A model generated the notes under the pieces. That model was not told where the DNA came from and did no database searches. It worked only from the letters and a program-made list of their open reading frames with translations. Source: Gammaproteobacteria bacterium (GTDB lineage Bacteria > Pseudomonadota > Gammaproteobacteria > Ga0077536). Taken from it: a stretch of DNA of 64,000 bases. The DNA lies in NCBI GenBank assembly GCA_009692365.1, contig SHZJ01000002.1, positions 52,692-116,691 of the forward strand. Reading direction: 5' to 3'. The stretch's first letter is position 1. Each line of letters opens with the position of its first letter. Below are positions 60,624-64,000 of the stretch, piece after piece. Position numbers and translations under genes: made by a program.

Positions 60624-61661
60624 TCAAAATAGGTCTTTGTTCTGGGCTTTTATTTTGGCTTCGGTGCGGGAAATCTGGCCTTTCTGGACCATCTGTTGCA
60701 GACATTGGTCGAGGGTCTGCATGCCATGCTGTTGCCCGGTTTGGATGGCCGAGTACATTTGCGCGATCTTGTTTTCGCGAATGAGATTCCGAATCGCAGG
60801 CGTCCCCAGCATGATTTCATGGGCGGCGATCCGCCCCCCGCCGTTGCGCTTGAGCAGATTTTGCGAAATCACCGCCCGTAGCGACTCCGACAGCATCGCC
60901 CTGACCATGTCTTTTTCGTCGGCCGGGAAAACATCAACGATGCGATCGATGGTTTTGGCGGCGGAGCTGGTATGCAGCGTGCCAAAGACCAGATGCCCCG
61001 TCTCGGCGGCCGTAAGCGCCAGGCGGATGGTCTCTAGATCACGCATTTCGCCCACGAGTATGGTGTCTGGATCTTCGCGCAGGGCCGAGCGCAAGGCCTC
61101 ATTGAAACCGAGCGTATCACGGTGCACCTCGCGTTGGTTGATCAGGCATTTCTTGCTTTGATGGACGAATTCGATGGGGTCCTCGATGGTCAGGATATGG
61201 CCGTATTCGGTCTCATTTTTATGGTTAACCATGGCCGCCAGGGTGGTCGATTTGCCGGATCCCGTGGGGCCGGTGACCAGCACTACGCCACGCGGAAAAT
61301 CCGAAATGTCCTTGAAAATCGCGGGCGCTTTGAGGTCTTCCAACGACAGGATTTTGGACGGGATCGTGCGAAATACCGCACCCGAACCGCGATTGTGATT
61401 AAAGGCGTTGACCCGGAACCGCGCCAGACCGGGGATTTCGAAAGAGAAATCGCACTCGAGAAACTCCTCGTAATCCTTGCGCTGCTTGTCGTTCATGATG
61501 TCGTAGACCAGATCATGAACGTCCTTGTGCGGCATGGGCGGCACATTGATGCGTCGGATATCGCCGTCCACCCGAATCATCGGCGGCAGGCCGGCCGACA
61601 AGTGCAGGTCAGAAGCGCCGTTCTTGACGCTGAAAGCCAAGAGTTCGCCGATATCCATCAA
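60624..61661 (-). CDS. pilT: Twitching motility ATPase PilT.
   Basis: Near-colinear match to canonical PilT: MDIGELLAFSVKNGASDLHLSAGLPPMIRVDGD...GPTGSGKSTTLAAM...ILVGEMRDLETIRLALTAAETGHLVFGTLHT...AIRNLIRE. Confidence 0.92.
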   Translation of the reverse strand: MMDIGELLAFSVKNGASDLHLSAGLPPMIRVDGDIRRINVPPMPHKDVHDLVYDIMNDKQRKDYEEFLECDFSFEIPGLARFRVNAFNHNRGSGAVFRTIPSKILSLEDLKAPAIFKDISDFPRGVVLVTGPTGSGKSTTLAAMVNHKNETEYGHILTIEDPIEFVHQSKKCLINQREVHRDTLGFNEALRSALREDPDTILVGEMRDLETIRLALTAAETGHLVFGTLHTSSAAKTIDRIVDVFPADEKDMVRAMLSESLRAVISQNLLKRNGGGRIAAHEIMLGTPAIRNLIRENKIAQMYSAIQTGQQHGMQTLDQCLQQMVQKGQISRTEAKIKAQNKDLF

Positions 61662-61818
61662 AAGCTCCTTCGTTCGTTGGGGGTAATACTAGGCCTACCC
61701 CCGCTACAATGTTCGAGCGCCGCCGCCATGGCTAGCGCCAGCGCAAATTTAATCCACAATCTGGGGTCCTGGCCTGCCGCAGGACGGGGTCGGCCGGTGC
61801 AAGAATTTCGAGACGCCC

Positions 61819-62502
61819 ATGAGTGAACCCAACCTGGCCTGGACCGGCGTGCTTGCGCGCATCGCGCAGGCGGCCGCGCACGCCAACCGCGCCACCACCC
61901 CGCCCCAGCTGCTGGCGGTGAGCAAACGACAGCCGGTCGCGGCTTTGCGCGCGCTCGCGGCTGCGGGGCAATCTGCATTCGGCGAGAATTATCTCCAAGA
62001 AGCGTTGCCTAAGATGGCGGCACTGGCCGAACTCAACTTAAGTTGGCATTTCATCGGCCGCATCCAACGCAATAAAACCCGCGACATCGCCGCCCATTTC
62101 GACTGGGTACATACGCTGGATCGGGCCGAAATTGCCCAACGCCTCTCGGCGCAAAGGCCCGCCACACGGCCGGCGCTGCGCTGTCTCATTGAAGTGAATA
62201 TCAGCGGTGAGGCGTCGAAAGCCGGCGTGACCCCAGCTGGGTTGCCCGCACTGGTGGCGCTCGTGCGCAGCTTGCCGGGGTTGGCGCTCCGGGGTTTGAT
62301 GTGCCTGCCGGCTCCAACGACCACCGAGCACGAGCAACGGCTGCCCTTCCGCCAGCTGCGCCAACTGCGCGATGCACTGGGTGACCTGGGGCTAGAGGAG
62401 CTCTCGATGGGCACCTCGGCCGATTTTCAAGCGGCCATCGCGGAGGGGTCCACGCTGGTGCGCATCGGCACGGCCTTGTTCGGCCCGCGCGACTCAAGCT
62501 GA
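61819..62502 (+). CDS. yggS: YggS-family pyridoxal-phosphate homeostasis protein.
   Basis: LLAVSKRQP (PLP-Lys), HFIGRIQRNK. Divergent from pilT, as conserved in many proteobacteria. Confidence 0.88.
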   Translation: MSEPNLAWTGVLARIAQAAAHANRATTPPQLLAVSKRQPVAALRALAAAGQSAFGENYLQEALPKMAALAELNLSWHFIGRIQRNKTRDIAAHFDWVHTLDRAEIAQRLSAQRPATRPALRCLIEVNISGEASKAGVTPAGLPALVALVRSLPGLALRGLMCLPAPTTTEHEQRLPFRQLRQLRDALGDLGLEELSMGTSADFQAAIAEGSTLVRIGTALFGPRDSS

Positions 62503-62557
62503 GGCCGTAGCGAAAATGCTAGACTCCGTGCGTCGTCTCAGCCGGTAGCAATGAGTT

Positions 62558-63382
62558 ATGAGTGACACCATCGCCTTGATAGGCGCCGGCAACATGGGTC
62601 TGGCGCTCGCCGGCGGCTTGGTCAAGGGTGGTCACACCCCGCGGGCCATCCGGGTTGCCGACACCGTGCAGGCGGCGTCTCGACGGCTGGGAGACACCCT
62701 CGGGGTGACGGTGTGCCGGGACAACGCGGCCGCCATAGCGGGCGCCTCGGTGCTGGTATTAGCGGTCAAACCACAGCAGATGCGTGCCCTGGCGCGCGAG
62801 CTCCGCGAGGTGCCCGGGCTCGGGCAGATGTTGGTGCTGTCGATCGCCGCTGGGATTACCACCACCACCCTCGCCGGTTGGCTAGGCCCGGCCATCGCCA
62901 TCGTTCGCAGTATGCCGAACACCCCCGCGCTGATTCGCCGCGGCACCGCCGCGCTGTATGCCACGCCCGAGGTCAGCGCCAAACAGCGAGCACTGGCCAC
63001 CACCATCATGGGCGCCGTTGGGCAAGTGCACTGGCTAGAGGACGAATCCCAGATGGACGCCGTCACGGCGCTCTCGGGCAGTGGTCCGGCCTACGTCTTT
63101 CGCCTGCTCGAATGTCTGGAAGAGGCGGGGGTCGAGTTGGGCCTGCCCGCGCCGCTGGCGCGTGCCTTGGCGTTGGAAACCGTGGGCGGCGCCGCCGCCC
63201 TAGCGCAGGGCTCACCGCTGTCCCCGACGGTCTTGCGCGTGCAGGTGACCTCCCCGGGTGGGACGACCGAACGCGCCCTCCAAGTCTTGGACGACGGCAA
63301 TATAGAGGCGCTCTTCCGGCGCGCCCTGCGCGCGGCGTGCGAGCGCTCGCGAACCCTGGCCGAGGAATTTGGAGCCCCATGA
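62558..63382 (+). CDS. proC: Pyrroline-5-carboxylate reductase.
   Basis: IALIGAGNMGLALAGGL (Rossmann) and SGSGPAYVFRLLEC. Confidence 0.9.
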   Translation: MSDTIALIGAGNMGLALAGGLVKGGHTPRAIRVADTVQAASRRLGDTLGVTVCRDNAAAIAGASVLVLAVKPQQMRALARELREVPGLGQMLVLSIAAGITTTTLAGWLGPAIAIVRSMPNTPALIRRGTAALYATPEVSAKQRALATTIMGAVGQVHWLEDESQMDAVTALSGSGPAYVFRLLECLEEAGVELGLPAPLARALALETVGGAAALAQGSPLSPTVLRVQVTSPGGTTERALQVLDDGNIEALFRRALRAACERSRTLAEEFGAP

Positions 63383-63954
63383 GCGGCGGCTATGTCGCCG
63401 GCGCCGCTATTTTCGTGCTCGACACGATCTTCGGCCTATACGTCGGTTTGGTGCTGTTGCGGCTGTTGCTGCAGTGGGCGCGGGCCGATTTTTATAATCC
63501 GCTGTCGCAGGCCGTGGTCAAAATAACTAACCCCCTGCTGCGACCCCTGCGCCGCCACATCCCCGCCGTGGGCCGCATCGACAGCGCCAGCGTGGTGCTA
63601 GTGGTGGTGTTGCAGCTACTCAATATCGGGATTTCGGTGCAGCTCGTGGGCGGGAGTACACGACCTGCCGGGTTGCTGGTCGTGGCGCTGGCCGCGCTGC
63701 TGTCGAAAGTCATTTATCTCCTGATCTTCGCCATCCTGATTCAGGTCGTGGCGAGTTGGGTGGCACCAGGCAGCCGCAATCCCGTGCTGTATCTGGCGGA
63801 TTCCATCACCGCACCGGTGCTCCAGCCGCTGCGCGACCGCTTGCCCGCGCTGGGCGGTCTGGATCTCTCGCCGATGGCCGCCCTGATGGGGCTGCAGCTG
63901 GCGGTCATGCTGGGGGTCACGCCGCTGCGCGATTTTGGGCTCTCGCTGCTCTGA
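63379..63954 (+). CDS. yggT: YggT-family integral membrane protein.
   Basis: ATG at 63379 with a 4-bp overlap with the proC stop. Repeated YggT half-domains. The track's 62713 start is a spurious upstream extension. Confidence 0.85.
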   Translation: MSGGYVAGAAIFVLDTIFGLYVGLVLLRLLLQWARADFYNPLSQAVVKITNPLLRPLRRHIPAVGRIDSASVVLVVVLQLLNIGISVQLVGGSTRPAGLLVVALAALLSKVIYLLIFAILIQVVASWVAPGSRNPVLYLADSITAPVLQPLRDRLPALGGLDLSPMAALMGLQLAVMLGVTPLRDFGLSLL

Positions 63955-64000
63955 ATAGCGCCGACACCGCTTGGTGCGAACAACGGGCCGAGGGTCTTGT

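Noticed and set aside
62713-63954. 413-aa plus-strand ORF spanning proC and yggT.
   Set aside because: The upstream 220 codons are an Arg/Gly-rich out-of-frame read-through of proC. The real yggT starts at ATG 63379, with the usual ATGA overlap with proC.

Overview
This is a high-GC (about 65-67%) proteobacterial chromosomal segment, densely coding on both strands and dominated by recognisable housekeeping genes. I could not find a clearly novel self-contained system; the best candidates are the SPOR-fused efflux adaptor and the accessory-looking island at 28.7-34.4 kb. All calls are by eye; no searches were run.

Main content, in window order:
- A luciferase-like flavin monooxygenase runs off the left window edge on the minus strand, divergent from an AcoR-type regulator whose sigma-54-contact and ATPase motifs look degenerate.
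- An RND efflux operon follows, with outer membrane factor, pump and adaptor all on the minus strand.
- Then come a glutathione S-transferase, an orphan hybrid PAS sensor kinase, tsaC/sua5 and a short-chain dehydrogenase.
- The glycogen genes glgA, glgP and glgC sit together.
- A BepA-like M48/TPR protease is next.
- A pyrophosphate-dependent phosphofructokinase is paired with an H+-pyrophosphatase.
- An accessory-looking patch holds a class V aminotransferase, a second luciferase-like oxidoreductase, a disrupted glycosyltransferase, a CHK/APH-like kinase and a VOC protein.
- A conserved operon runs leuS-lptE-holA-proA-nadD-rsfS-rlmH-maf on the minus strand.
- comEA is present.
- A complete phosphate module is present: phoB-phoR, phoU-pstBACS with Pho boxes, a SAM-dependent methyltransferase, and ppk1-ppx.
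- typA and dtd follow.
- Three PilT-family ATPases lie in tandem.
- The window ends with yggS-proC-yggT.

No tRNA, rRNA, CRISPR array or transposase was recognised by eye.

The observations most worth a second look:
- The efflux adaptor carries a C-terminal SPOR domain behind a 42-bp tandem-repeat linker.
- The sigma-54-type regulator appears to lack both the GAFTGA loop and the Walker B acidic pair.
- The glycosyltransferase gene carries an in-frame TAG and a 70-bp tandem triplication.
- The ppk1 reading frame is offset by 1 nt from its likely ATG at a run of four C.
- Pho boxes lie upstream of pstS and phoB.
- Two stretches of apparently non-coding DNA (about 0.7 and 0.85 kb) are unexplained.
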